In this document: one piece after another, positions 1 through 9,717 of the stretch
Position numbering within the stretch: the stretch's first letter is position 1
How the letters are laid out: the number at the start of each line of letters is the position of its first letter
DNA from: Candidatus Gottesmanbacteria bacterium
Lineage (GTDB): Bacteria; Patescibacteriota; Microgenomatia; UBA10105
DNA length: 64,000 bases
Assembly (NCBI GenBank): GCA_023245415.1
Contig: JAHFKJ010000003.1
Span: 7,196-71,195 of the forward strand
Reading direction: 5' to 3'
Notes under the pieces: model-generated
The model's database searches: none
Told to the model about the DNA's origin: nothing
What the model saw: the letters and a program-made list of their open reading frames with translations, nothing else
Program-made: the position numbers and the translations under genes

Positions 1-146
1 AAAATCAACTTATATGGGATAAATGGTTTTGTAGCTTGTGATTCACCAGCATTAAGCTGTTTAATACGTTTTCTTAAATCAGACGTATAACCAATATACA
101 ATCTTCGATCCTTTTTACTTTGAAGAATATAGACATAGAAAAACAT
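1..146 (-). CDS. GIY-YIG nuclease family protein (UPF0213-like), 3' truncated by the window edge
   Basis: Reverse-strand translation from the ATG at 146-144 reads MFFYVYILQSKKDRRLYIGYTSDLRKRIKQLNAGESQATKPFIPYKLI, the classic GIY-YIG N-terminal motif; absent from the ORF track because no stop lies inside the window. Confidence 0.75.
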   Translation of the reverse strand, partial: MFFYVYILQSKKDRRLYIGYTSDLRKRIKQLNAGESQATKPFIPYKLI

Positions 147-232
147 ATTGAAGCCGGCAACGTAATAAATTTACTTCGTATATTTAAACGTTCCAGCCAC
201 GTTAAAATTTTGTGCAACATAAATTTTTTACG

Positions 233-317
233 TGGCGGAGGGTACAGGACTCGAACCTGTAAGGGTTTACACCCGCTAGTTTTCAAGACTAGTGCCATAC
301 CATTAGGCGAACCCTCC
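233..317 (-). tRNA. tRNA-Ser (anticodon UGA), type II with long variable arm, CCA encoded
   Basis: The reverse complement, GGAGGGT...ACCCTCCGCCA, folds into a cloverleaf: 7-bp acceptor stem, anticodon stem CTAGT/ACTAG with loop CTTGAAA (anticodon TGA), variable arm GGGTGTAAACCC, T-loop TTCGAGT, discriminator G. Confidence 0.9.
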
Positions 318-331
318 TTAAGTATTCGTAA

Positions 332-364
332 AGTTCTAAGTTGTTTCTTCTAGAACTCGAGTGC
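332..364. promoter_or_regulatory. Inverted repeat AGTTCTA-N12-TAGAACT overlapping a Cheo-like GAACTCGAGTGC motif, about 65 nt upstream of recA; candidate SOS/LexA-type operator
   Basis: Perfect 7-bp inverted repeat at 332-338 and 351-357; GAAC-N4-GTGC at 353-364 resembles the Gram-positive LexA box GAAC-N4-GTTC with one mismatch; its position in the recA leader. Confidence 0.3.
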
Positions 365-428
365 TTGTATTTTAACAGAGATTGTGAAAGAATGAAAAAA
401 ATTTGAACTGCCTAAGGAGGTTATAGTT

Positions 429-1463
429 ATGGCCCAAGATCAAAAGTTGCAGGCGATCAAAATCGCGATGGAGCAAATTGAGAAACAATATGGTAAAGGC
501 TCCATTATGAAGTTGGGTGATCAGATGGCGGGAAAGATAGGTTTTGAGGTAATATCTACCGGTACGATTCCTCTTGATTTGGCTTTGGGAGTAGGAGGAG
601 TCCCTCGAGGTCGGATCATAGAAATTTATGGGCCGGAAGCCTCAGGAAAGACCTCTATTTGTTTATCGATAATTGCCGAAGCACAAAAAAATGGTGGAGT
701 TGCGGCATTTATTGATGCTGAACATGCTCTTGATCCAGTTTGGGCAGAAACACTAGGTGTGAAACTTAACGATCTACTGATTTCCCAACCAGATACCGGT
801 GAACAAGCGCTTGAAATTACGGAAACATTGATAAGAAGTGGTGGTGTAGATGTTATCGTTATCGATTCAGTAGCTGCATTGGTGCCCAGAGCTGAAATTG
901 AAGGCGAAATGGGAGATTCGATGATGGGAGTGCAGGCGCGTCTTATGTCACAAGCACTTAGAAAGCTGACCGCAGCAATTTCCAAGTCGAAAACCGTGGT
1001 GATTTTCACTAACCAATTGCGTCAGAAAATTGGTATTATGTTTGGTAATCCTGAAACTACGACGGGAGGTATGGCGCTTAAATTCTATGCTTCAATTCGA
1101 ATGGATGTCAGAAAAATCGAAACTATCAAAGATGGTGACCGGGCGATTGGGAGTAGACACCGAGTCAGAATTGTAAAAAATAAGGTGTCACCTCCTTTTC
1201 GAGTCGCCGAGTTTGATGTGATGAGTGATGGAATTTCCAAAGAGGGAGGTCTTCTAGATGTGGGAATTGAACTCGGAGTCATCGCAAAATCAGGTGCTTT
1301 TCTTAAATACAATGGACAAATGCTGGGTCAGGGACGTGAAGCTGCGAAGTTGTACCTAAAAGAAAATGCCAAGATTGCAAAAGAATTGCAGGAAGCTGTC
1401 TGGAAAAATGCAAAAACAGGTAAAGTTCCCGTTGAAGTGGGAAAAGAAGATGATGAGGAATGA
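429..1463 (+). CDS. recA: Recombinase RecA
   Basis: 344 aa; Walker [10 protein letters not shown]; canonical RecA core conserved throughout; AAGGAGG Shine-Dalgarno 9 nt upstream. Confidence 0.97.
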   Translation: MAQDQKLQAIKIAMEQIEKQYGKGSIMKLGDQMAGKIGFEVISTGTIPLDLALGVGGVPRGRIIEIYGPEASGKTSICLSIIAEAQKNGGVAAFIDAEHALDPVWAETLGVKLNDLLISQPDTGEQALEITETLIRSGGVDVIVIDSVAALVPRAEIEGEMGDSMMGVQARLMSQALRKLTAAISKSKTVVIFTNQLRQKIGIMFGNPETTTGGMALKFYASIRMDVRKIETIKDGDRAIGSRHRVRIVKNKVSPPFRVAEFDVMSDGISKEGGLLDVGIELGVIAKSGAFLKYNGQMLGQGREAAKLYLKENAKIAKELQEAVWKNAKTGKVPVEVGKEDDEE

Positions 1464-2074
1464 TTGTCACACAGTTACAAGTTAAAAATAATGTAATTGC
1501 GGTTTATATTGACGGTGAACTTGTTTGCTCTTTAGCTCCTGAGATAGTCCTTAAACATGAGTTACGTAGAGGTCTTAAACTGTCCCAAGCAAGCCTGAAA
1601 CAATTATTAGAGGAAACTAATATAGTTAAGTGGCGTGATAAAGCTTTGCGTTTTATTTCGTTTCGTCCGCGCAGTTGTAAAGAATTATCTCAATATTTAC
1701 GAAAGCAGGGAATTTCTGAATCAATTTTGCAAATTCTCTTAGAAAAGTTAACTGATCAGAAATTAGTTGACGATCTACGATTTGCTCAGTGGTTTGTAGA
1801 ACAGCGGGATCAGTTTCGCCCCAAAGCAAAAAAAGTTTTGGAAATAGAACTTAAAAGTAAAGGTATTGGTTCAGATATCATTCAAGATGTGCTTGCCCAA
1901 AAAACGAGTAGTGACGAACTGTCCCAGGCTCAAACTCTCATCCAAAAAAAACTAAGATTATGGAAAAATTACTCCAAACAACAAAAAGAGCATAAAATTC
2001 AAGCATTTTTAATTCAGAGAGGGTATTCTTGGGATATTGTCCGGAGTATTTTGAAAATGGAGACGATTTTTTAA
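1460..2074 (+). CDS. recX: Regulatory protein RecX
   Basis: 204 aa helical-repeat protein; start overlaps the recA stop (ATGA); recX-like repeats ([27 protein letters not shown]); conserved recA-recX gene order. Confidence 0.8.
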   Translation: MIVTQLQVKNNVIAVYIDGELVCSLAPEIVLKHELRRGLKLSQASLKQLLEETNIVKWRDKALRFISFRPRSCKELSQYLRKQGISESILQILLEKLTDQKLVDDLRFAQWFVEQRDQFRPKAKKVLEIELKSKGIGSDIIQDVLAQKTSSDELSQAQTLIQKKLRLWKNYSKQQKEHKIQAFLIQRGYSWDIVRSILKMETIF

Positions 2075-2227
2075 AGATTTGACGTAAAGCGTTAATTTTG
2101 TATAAAATATAATCTATAGAAAGGTATTAGTATTTTTCCTGAAAAAGCGAAAATGACTCAATATATATCAATTCTACTTTTTGGCCACACAACACGTCTT
2201 TAAACTTCCCCAAGACGTAAAAGAGTA

Positions 2228-3742
2228 GTGCTTTTTCCAGGAAAAACAAATTTAGATATGGGTATTTTTGATAAAGTGTCCAAACTTTTTAGCGGAAAGA
2301 AAACCTCCGGTTTTCCTAAAGTAGTTAAGAAAAAAATAGAGAAGCCTTCTTCAGAGATTACAAAACCTCATATTGATACCAGCGAAATCTTACGTAGTGC
2401 CCAAACAGAAGCTAAAGCAATTGTAATCGAAGCCAAAGACGAAGCTCTACGACTCAAACAACAGATGCAGGAAGAATTGATCCGAAAAGAAGAAGTATTG
2501 GAACGGAAGCAGGGAGCTTTGGATGAACGAGAACGGCAAATAAGCGCCAATGAAAAACACGTTGTACAACGGTTGGAAGAAATAACTCAAGTGAAAGCCG
2601 ATCAACTCGAGAAACTTGAGCGCGCCGGACATCTAACGAGAGATGAAGCCAAAGCTCTAATCTTAAAAGCAGTTGAAGATAACTTACATGAAGATATGGC
2701 AAAAATGATCCGGGAAGCCGAGGAGAACGCGCGTGAAGACGCTGCGAAAAAGTCTCGCGAAATTCTAGTTGATGCCATGCGTCATGGAGCTACTAACTAT
2801 GTGGCTGAATTTACTGTATCTGCAGTTAAGTTGCCTGATGAAGAGATGAAAGGTCGGATTATCGGTAAGGAAGGAAGAAATATACGTACTTTTGAACAAG
2901 TGACGGGAGTGGACGTAGATCTTGATGAAGAAGGAGTAATAAAATTATCGTCCTTCGACTCAGTTAGACGAGAAATTGCGCGTGTAGCTTTGGATAGACT
3001 CATGAAAGATGGTCGGATTCAACCCGGTCGAATTGAAGAATTAGTAGCTGAAGTCAAACGTGATATTGAACGAATCATGTTTGAAGAAGGACAAAAGTTG
3101 TGTCATGCTGTGGGTGTTTTTAATTTACCTCTACCCTTGATAGCACTTCTGGGGAGATTTAAATACCGTTTTTCCTATGGACAAAATATGATTGCTCATA
3201 CGCTTGAAGAAACTAAAATAGGGATCGCGTTGGCTCACGAAGTAAAAGCGGATGTAAACATAGTGAGACTTGGGTGTTTACTACATGACATTGGCAAAAT
3301 TATTACTGATCAGGAAGGCAGTCATATTGAATTGGGCGTCGATCTTCTAAAAAAACATCGTTTGCCTCAGGCTGTAATAGACTGCGTAGCTCAACATCAT
3401 GAAGATACACCGTTTAGTTCAATCGAGTCAGTTTTGGTTTATATCGCCGATGCGATTTCCGGAAGCCGACCGGGTGCCCGACACGAAGACATAGAAAAAT
3501 ATGTTAAAAGACTTACCGATCTTGAACAATTTGCTCGTTCTCACCCGGGGGTAACTGAAGCGTTTGCATTTCAAGCCGGCCGGGAACTGCGGGTTATTGT
3601 TACTCCGGAAAAGGTTAGCGATGCTGATGCAGAAGTGATATCCCATAAAATCAAAGAAGAGATTGAAGAAAAACTTACTTACCCAGGACAAATTCGGGTG
3701 ATGGTAATTCGTGAATATAGAGCTATCGATATTGCTAAGTAA
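2228..3742 (+). CDS. rny: Ribonuclease Y (KH + HD domains)
   Basis: 504 aa; KH motif GRIIGKEGRNIRTFEQVTGVD; HD motif LLHDIGK; coiled-coil N-terminus. Track start is a GTG at 2228; an in-frame ATG at 2258 is an alternative. Confidence 0.92.
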   Translation: MLFPGKTNLDMGIFDKVSKLFSGKKTSGFPKVVKKKIEKPSSEITKPHIDTSEILRSAQTEAKAIVIEAKDEALRLKQQMQEELIRKEEVLERKQGALDERERQISANEKHVVQRLEEITQVKADQLEKLERAGHLTRDEAKALILKAVEDNLHEDMAKMIREAEENAREDAAKKSREILVDAMRHGATNYVAEFTVSAVKLPDEEMKGRIIGKEGRNIRTFEQVTGVDVDLDEEGVIKLSSFDSVRREIARVALDRLMKDGRIQPGRIEELVAEVKRDIERIMFEEGQKLCHAVGVFNLPLPLIALLGRFKYRFSYGQNMIAHTLEETKIGIALAHEVKADVNIVRLGCLLHDIGKIITDQEGSHIELGVDLLKKHRLPQAVIDCVAQHHEDTPFSSIESVLVYIADAISGSRPGARHEDIEKYVKRLTDLEQFARSHPGVTEAFAFQAGRELRVIVTPEKVSDADAEVISHKIKEEIEEKLTYPGQIRVMVIREYRAIDIAK

Positions 3743-4126
3743 TAAAAGAGAATTAAATGAGAGACACTTCATTCATCTTAATTCTGGACGTGACATACAA
3801 ATTGGTTTAATAAAATGTACTGCTTTGATAATCCAAACCATACTAACTTTCATAATTAGCTTATCTCCACGCCCTAATAATATCTCATAGTAACGTTCAT
3901 CTTGACAAGACAGTTAAAACACACTACATTAATTAAATAAACTCGACTTGATCCTCTAAATAAAAATTCTGCCCAAAAAAATATTGTTGTGGCGCCTCTT
4001 GATAATATTCGAATAATTCAAAAAGATCGTTTGTATGCAAAAATTCCCAATCAGTATGTTCAATTGTTATAAACGATGGATGCCTAAGTTGAAACTACGG
4101 CAATCCGAAGGGAGGTGAATACATTT

Positions 4127-4399
4127 ATGACAAAAGCTGACTTAATAGTTATGGTATCTAAAAAAGTTAATCTAACCAACAAAGCTGCAAAAGAATCGGT
4201 TCAAGCAGTATTTAAAGCCATTGAAGATGCTTTGAAAAAAGGTGATAAAGTCGTGGTTACCGGTTTCGGAACTTTTATGGTTAGGTCGAGAGCTTCTCGA
4301 ACAGGCAGAAACCCACAAACGGGTGCAACCATTAATATTCCGGCACGCAAAACTCCTGGGTTTACCGCCGGGAAAGCTCTCAAAAAAGCCGTCCGTTGA
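4127..4399 (+). CDS. hup: HU family DNA-binding protein
   Basis: MTKADLIVMVSKK...GFGTF...RNPQTG...IPARK, about 90 aa HU/IHF fold; GGAGG 11 nt upstream of the ATG at 4127 (the track start at 4115 is an upstream GTG). Confidence 0.93.
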   Translation: MTKADLIVMVSKKVNLTNKAAKESVQAVFKAIEDALKKGDKVVVTGFGTFMVRSRASRTGRNPQTGATINIPARKTPGFTAGKALKKAVR

Positions 4400-4421
4400 T
4401 ATTGGTGTAGTGAATTTAATT

Positions 4422-4460
4422 AAGGAAAGCCCGAATTGCTTGGGTCTTTCCTTATTTGTG
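4422..4460 (+). terminator. Rho-independent terminator after hup
   Basis: Hairpin AAGGAAAGCCC-GAATTGCTT-GGGTCTTTCCTT followed by ATTTGTGTT. Confidence 0.5.
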
Positions 4461-4529
4461 TTAGAATTAATTATTAAATAGTTAATATTGTCTTAATATC
4501 AAAGGATAGTTCAAAAAGAACACATTGGA

Positions 4530-5519
4530 ATGTCTATTATGACGATCTCCGTTTCTCATCTGTACAAAGCCTATAAAGTTCAGCAAAAAGAACCGGGAAT
4601 AAAAGGTTCGCTAAAATCTATATTTGCGCGTAAATACAAAGATGTGCAGGCTGTGGCTGACGTTTCATTTTCAATTTCCGAAGGTGAACTAGTCGGATTT
4701 ATAGGGCCTAATGGTGCGGGTAAAACGACTACTCTAAAATGTTTGTCAGGTTTACTGTATCCTTCTTCGGGTCAACTTTCAGTATTGGGATTTAATCCGT
4801 TCGATAGAAAAAACGCGTTTTTAAAACAAATTTCTTTGGTCATGGGTCAGAAAAACCAGCTGTGGTGGGATTTACCGGCAATTGATACATTCTTACTTAA
4901 CAAAGAAATATATGAAATTTCCGACAGCGATTATCAAAAAACACTGAATGAGTTAGTTGATTTACTTAATGTGAAAGACGTATTAAATACACAAGTGCGT
5001 AAATTGTCTCTTGGGCAGAGAATGAAAATGGAACTTATCGCAGCTCTTATTCATAAACCAAAAGTCTTATTTTTGGATGAGCCGACAATTGGTTTGGATG
5101 TGATTATGCAGCAAAAAATGCGTGAGTTTATCAGTGAGTACAATTTGCGTTACAAATCAACAATTTTGCTGACTTCACATTACATGGATGATGTTAAGGA
5201 ATTATGTAAACGGGTGATCATTATTGATCACGGTAAGATCATTTTTGATGGACAACTAGATGATATAGTCAAAATACACGCCACACATAAACAAATCACC
5301 GTCATTTTTGAAAATTACGTTGACCCCAAACAGCTATCAGGTTTTGGCGAAATTAAGTATTTCGAATTTCCTAAAATTGTCTTATCAATTGAACGAGAGA
5401 AATCAAACGATGTGGCGGTAAGACTTTTACAAAAATTTCCGGTGGCGGATATCAATATTGAAGAGCCGGATATTGAAGATATAATAAGAACGGTGTTTAA
5501 AGGCAAAGAACTAGCATAA
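4530..5519 (+). CDS. ABC transporter ATP-binding protein (ABC-2 type, COG4586-like)
   Basis: Walker A GPNGAGKTTT; signature LSLGQRMKM; Walker B LFLDEPTIGLD; 329 aa. Confidence 0.9.
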   Translation: MSIMTISVSHLYKAYKVQQKEPGIKGSLKSIFARKYKDVQAVADVSFSISEGELVGFIGPNGAGKTTTLKCLSGLLYPSSGQLSVLGFNPFDRKNAFLKQISLVMGQKNQLWWDLPAIDTFLLNKEIYEISDSDYQKTLNELVDLLNVKDVLNTQVRKLSLGQRMKMELIAALIHKPKVLFLDEPTIGLDVIMQQKMREFISEYNLRYKSTILLTSHYMDDVKELCKRVIIIDHGKIIFDGQLDDIVKIHATHKQITVIFENYVDPKQLSGFGEIKYFEFPKIVLSIEREKSNDVAVRLLQKFPVADINIEEPDIEDIIRTVFKGKELA

Positions 5520-5528
5520 ATCATATGT

Positions 5529-6320
5529 ATGAAAAAATACTGCATGTTATTGTATTTGGCATGGAAACGAATTCTAATTTACCGCTCAGTTAGTCTTGTC
5601 TACGTCAGTCTTTCACTTCTTAATATATTTTTGACGATTGCAATTTGGACAGTAGTCTACAAAAATCCGGTTCATACACCTTCGGTGTCATTTTCCGTAT
5701 TTATTTCCTATTTTGCAGTGATGATTATTTTTACGCAATTTGTCAATTCCTATGCTTCGGGTGAAATGGCTGACATCCATATCAAACGGGGACAGTTATC
5801 AGTATATTTATTAAAACCCTTTCCTTATCTTGTACAGGAGTGGATACTTGAAATTCCCTGGCGGATAATGGCATTTTTTATGTCGCTTCCAGCGCTACTT
5901 ATTATTATTTTCCTGTTTCAGGATTCCATAAATCTAAACCCGGTATTTATAATTATCGCTTTGACTTTGGTCGTCGGTGCATTTGTATTATCGTATCTTA
6001 TACAAATCTGTTTCGCTATGTTGACTTTCTGGCTTGAGGATAGTCATGGGGTTTTGTCAGTGCTGGAAATTCTGACTCTTTTATTTACGGGTATGGGGAT
6101 GCCGATATTTTTCTTTCCGCCACTGCTTAAAACACTGGCATATATTTTGCCGTTTCAATATATACTCTATTTTCCTGTAGCACTGGCAGTAAACTTATTA
6201 AACGATCGAGAGATCATATTTTTCGTCTGTATGTATTTCGGTTGGATAGTGATTTTAACATTTGTGGCGTCACAGTTATGGAAAAACGGACTCAAAAAAT
6301 TTACCGGAGAAGGAACATAA
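5529..6320 (+). CDS. ABC-2 family permease, type A (copy 1)
   Basis: 263-aa polytopic membrane protein directly after the ATPase; shares the LSVYLLKPFPY motif with the gene at 7179 (TNYLLRPINY). Confidence 0.75.
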   Translation: MKKYCMLLYLAWKRILIYRSVSLVYVSLSLLNIFLTIAIWTVVYKNPVHTPSVSFSVFISYFAVMIIFTQFVNSYASGEMADIHIKRGQLSVYLLKPFPYLVQEWILEIPWRIMAFFMSLPALLIIIFLFQDSINLNPVFIIIALTLVVGAFVLSYLIQICFAMLTFWLEDSHGVLSVLEILTLLFTGMGMPIFFFPPLLKTLAYILPFQYILYFPVALAVNLLNDREIIFFVCMYFGWIVILTFVASQLWKNGLKKFTGEGT

Positions 6321-6321
6321 T

Positions 6322-7110
6322 ATGTTTCGTATCATAAAAATGACCAGTAACATCATCAAAGCAAATATAATGGTAGCTTTAATGTATCCGGCCAGTTTTT
6401 ATACCAGTAGCTTAAGCAGTATCTTGTGGATTGGTTTATCGATGATCAGTATTACAGTTTTAACATATCAATCACCGGAATTAGGTGGATGGAATAAACA
6501 CCAGCTGTTTGCAGTTCAGGGAGTTTACTCAATTATACTGGGAACAATGTATTTTATGTTTGGCGAAAATTTCAAAAAACTTATACGTCTTATCAACAAA
6601 GGAGATCTGGATCTATTGCTTACTAAACCAGTTGACAGCCAATTCTTGGTATCAGTCGGAGAAAACAAAATACACCAACTGTCGCGGGTTTTAGGCGGAA
6701 TTATTTTACTGACATATGCTTTATCAGCCCTGCATGTGAATGTCGGAATAAGAGATATAATACAGTTTCTTTTTTTTATGCTATTAAGCTGTATTATCAT
6801 ATATTCGATCTGGTTTCTGCTGGTGACGCTGACTATCTGGCTTACAAATTTATTTAATATTGATGAGTTGTTTACACATTTAACGGGGTTATCACGCTAT
6901 CCCCTGGAAGTATTTCGTTATTTAAATAGGTATTTATTTTATCTGGTACTACCTCTCGTTATCATTACATCTGTGCCAACACAAATTATTCTCAAGAAAC
7001 CGGATTTGTGGTTGATGATCGCAGCGGTATTGGTTGCAGGAATTTTATTTTTTTGTTCGCGAATGTTCTGGTTTTTTGCCTTAAAATTCTATACGAGTGC
7101 AAGTAGTTAA
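6322..7110 (+). CDS. ABC-2 family permease, type B (copy 1)
   Basis: Membrane protein; motif INKGDLDLLLTKPVDSQF; C-terminus KFYTSASS; ATG at 6322 (with GGAG upstream) preferred over the overlapping track start at 6262. Confidence 0.7.
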   Translation: MFRIIKMTSNIIKANIMVALMYPASFYTSSLSSILWIGLSMISITVLTYQSPELGGWNKHQLFAVQGVYSIILGTMYFMFGENFKKLIRLINKGDLDLLLTKPVDSQFLVSVGENKIHQLSRVLGGIILLTYALSALHVNVGIRDIIQFLFFMLLSCIIIYSIWFLLVTLTIWLTNLFNIDELFTHLTGLSRYPLEVFRYLNRYLFYLVLPLVIITSVPTQIILKKPDLWLMIAAVLVAGILFFCSRMFWFFALKFYTSASS

Positions 7111-7178
7111 AAGTAATAAGCAACAAGTGATAAATGACAAGCTAAGAATTTTCAAAATGCTCTCTTGTCACATGTCAC

Positions 7179-7988
7179 ATGTCACTTATCACCTCAAAAA
7201 AATACTTAATGATTTTCAAAAATACCTGGGATGAATATTCTGCGTACAGAATAAATTTTGTGTTTTGGCGGGTGCGCGTAGTGTTAAGATTTTTAATCAC
7301 CTACTTTTTGTGGTCGGCGATTTATTCCAGTCAACAGAATTATTTTGGATATAACCGGCAATCCATGCTTTCGTATGTATTACTCACTTACTTAGTAAGT
7401 AATTTTGTATTTGCGACACGCACACAGGATATCGGATCAGAGATCAATGAAGGTAGATTAACCAATTATTTACTCCGGCCGATCAACTATTTTACTGGAC
7501 TTATAGCACGGGATATTAGTGATAAATTTATAAATTTCATTTTTACCGTTGTTGAATTCGTATTTTTATTAAATATTTTTCAGCCTCCGATATTTTTTCA
7601 AACTAATTTTAATATAGTTGTATTTTCCATTATCGGTTTCCTCGGTTCAATCGTAATCTATTTCTATATAAGTATATTATTGGGATTTATAGGATTCTGG
7701 AGTGCAGAAATATGGGGAATCCGCTTTATCTTTATGGTTCTTCTTGACTTTTTCGCAGGCACGTTATTCCCAATTGATATATTGCCAGCAATAGTAACAA
7801 AAATACTCCTTTTTACTCCTTTTCCGTACATGTTTTACTTTCCGATAAAAATATATTTGGGTAGACTTTCTCTGAATGAAATTATTTTGGGATTCGGCGT
7901 TTTATGTACCTGGATATTTTTGCTTAAATCTTTAGTTATGATTGTTTGGAATAAAGGTTTGCGAATTTATAGCGCAGAAGGAAGATAA
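7179..7988 (+). CDS. ABC-2 family permease, type A (copy 2)
   Basis: 269-aa membrane protein paralogous to 5529..6320; the ATG at 7179 and an alternative at 7209 both lie within or just after a heptamer repeat. Confidence 0.7.
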   Translation: MSLITSKKYLMIFKNTWDEYSAYRINFVFWRVRVVLRFLITYFLWSAIYSSQQNYFGYNRQSMLSYVLLTYLVSNFVFATRTQDIGSEINEGRLTNYLLRPINYFTGLIARDISDKFINFIFTVVEFVFLLNIFQPPIFFQTNFNIVVFSIIGFLGSIVIYFYISILLGFIGFWSAEIWGIRFIFMVLLDFFAGTLFPIDILPAIVTKILLFTPFPYMFYFPIKIYLGRLSLNEIILGFGVLCTWIFLLKSLVMIVWNKGLRIYSAEGR

Positions 7989-8068
7989 CTAAATCAACTA
8001 ATTTTCTAATCCTTAAATAGACGTGAAGATTTTTTTATTATTAGTTGATTAGACTATTAGATGATTAG

Positions 8069-8857
8069 TTGAATATGTTAATTCATTATATTCGTATCTG
8101 GTTGCGGTTGACATTGAGTTCATTTCAAGTTGCCTTGATTTCACGTTTTGGTGCGGTTTTATTTACGGTAGCTAAATTGTTGCGTTTTGGATTTTTTCTC
8201 TCAATTGTTTATTTAGTAATGAATAAAACTAATACTTTGGCTGGATACACATTGTCTCAATCAATCGTTTTTTTCTTAACTTACAATGTTATCGATACAT
8301 TTACTCAATTGCTATTTCGTGATGTATATCGTTTCCGGCAAAAAGTCATCAACGGTGACTTTGACCTTATATTAATTAAACCCATGAGTCCTTTATTTAG
8401 AGTACTTTTAGGAGGTGCAGACCCAATGGACTTAATTGTTTTGATACCCTATGTATGTATACTAATGTTTTTTTTGTTTCAAACAAATACTTCAGTAGGG
8501 TTATTTGCTATTTATATTTTACTTCTTACGAATGCATTTATAATATCAACTGCATTTCACATTACAGTTTTAGCTCTGGGAATTTTGACTACCGAAATCG
8601 ACCATACGATTATGATTTATCGCGATATCACAAGTATGGCCCGATTTCCAATCGATATTTATCAGGAGCCGATCAGAGCTTTGATAACATTTATAATTCC
8701 TATAGGAATTATGATGACTTTTCCAGTCAAAGCTTTATTTGGACTATTATCTTTACCGCTGCTATTAATTGCTTTAGGCCTAGGTTTAGGTGTGATCGGG
8801 TTAAGTTTATTATTTTGGCAAATCGCCCTCACCAAGTATACTTCGGCTTCAAGTTGA
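8069..8857 (+). CDS. ABC-2 family permease, type B (copy 2)
   Basis: 262-aa membrane protein; motif INGDFDLILIKPMSPLF parallels the gene at 6322; identical C-terminal YTSASS. Confidence 0.7.
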   Translation: MNMLIHYIRIWLRLTLSSFQVALISRFGAVLFTVAKLLRFGFFLSIVYLVMNKTNTLAGYTLSQSIVFFLTYNVIDTFTQLLFRDVYRFRQKVINGDFDLILIKPMSPLFRVLLGGADPMDLIVLIPYVCILMFFLFQTNTSVGLFAIYILLLTNAFIISTAFHITVLALGILTTEIDHTIMIYRDITSMARFPIDIYQEPIRALITFIIPIGIMMTFPVKALFGLLSLPLLLIALGLGLGVIGLSLLFWQIALTKYTSASS

Positions 8858-8867
8858 CAATAGTTCT

Positions 8868-9626
8868 ATGAAATACAAAGCTTTATTTCTAGACTTAGAC
8901 GGAACGACGGTAGTCCTTGGTAGTAACAGTCCGAGTGAGCGAGTAATAAATCGAGTGCATCAAGCTGACGAATTAATAGATGTATGTTTGGCCACTGGCA
9001 GAGTTCTTTCGACAGCGGAGCCGGTGATTAAAATATTAAATTTAAGTGGTTTGTGTGTCATTTCCAACGGAATCCAAATTTATGATCCGGTAAAGAAAAA
9101 AATTATTGAGGAAACCCCGATTAACCAGTCGCTTGTTCCAGAGCTCTATGAATTGCTGTCCAAGTTTAAAGTGGGAATACGGCAATTTGATGGTATAGCC
9201 GATGTGCCTTATTATGGAGAACAACTTACTGCTCCTATTCAAAGTCTTTATATTCCGGCAATATCAGACCAGACAGCTGATCAGGTAATCAATGCATTAA
9301 ACAAATACAAAAATATAACAGTTCATAAAATGTTAGCAACTGAAAATGGTATAGTCGGTCTTGAAATTTGTCATGTCAACGCGTCTAAACTGCATGGAAT
9401 TCACCGTGTCGCGCAATTATTGAGGATTCAAACACATGAAATTATTGGTGTTGGAGATGGATACAATGACTTTCCCTTGCTGATGGCCTGTGGTCTAAAA
9501 ATTGCCATGGGAAATGCAGTACCTGAACTGAAAGCCATAGCTGATTTTGTAGCTCCTGCTGTGGATGAAGATGGCGTGGCCACAGTAATTCAGAAGTTTA
9601 TACTCTCCTCTGTTTATTCCCCGTAA
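8868..9626 (+). CDS. HAD-superfamily hydrolase, Cof-type (subfamily IIB) phosphatase
   Basis: N-terminal FLDLDGTTV (HAD motif I); C-terminal GDGYNDFPLL (motif IV); 252 aa. Confidence 0.85.
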   Translation: MKYKALFLDLDGTTVVLGSNSPSERVINRVHQADELIDVCLATGRVLSTAEPVIKILNLSGLCVISNGIQIYDPVKKKIIEETPINQSLVPELYELLSKFKVGIRQFDGIADVPYYGEQLTAPIQSLYIPAISDQTADQVINALNKYKNITVHKMLATENGIVGLEICHVNASKLHGIHRVAQLLRIQTHEIIGVGDGYNDFPLLMACGLKIAMGNAVPELKAIADFVAPAVDEDGVATVIQKFILSSVYSP

Positions 9627-9687
9627 ATTAAGAGGATGTCAACTTGTCTATCGGCAGGTAGGGGTTAATAAATGCTCAAGAGGGAAA

Positions 9688-9710
9688 TTGTATCAATAAT
9701 TTTGATACAA
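9688..9710. promoter_or_regulatory. Perfect palindrome TTGTATCAA-TAATT-TTGATACAA 8 nt upstream of the miaB-like start codon
   Basis: 9-bp perfect inverted arms with a 5-nt spacer, seen directly in the sequence. Confidence 0.3.
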
Positions 9711-9717
9711 TACCCCA

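Noticed and set aside
74-298. 74-aa minus-strand ORF from the track
   Set aside because: It overlaps tRNA-Ser (233-317) and is out of frame with the genuine GIY-YIG reading frame at 1-146
6262-6321. Upstream extensions of track ORFs (6262, 15190, 4115, 56857, 59232, 33930)
   Set aside because: They overlap the preceding genes or start with GTG/TTG; internal ATGs with SD-like sequence or family-consistent N-termini were preferred
8455-8871. 138-aa alternative-frame ORF inside the fourth permease gene
   Set aside because: Low-complexity Y/N/F-rich translation; it is a shadow of the AT-rich membrane-protein frame
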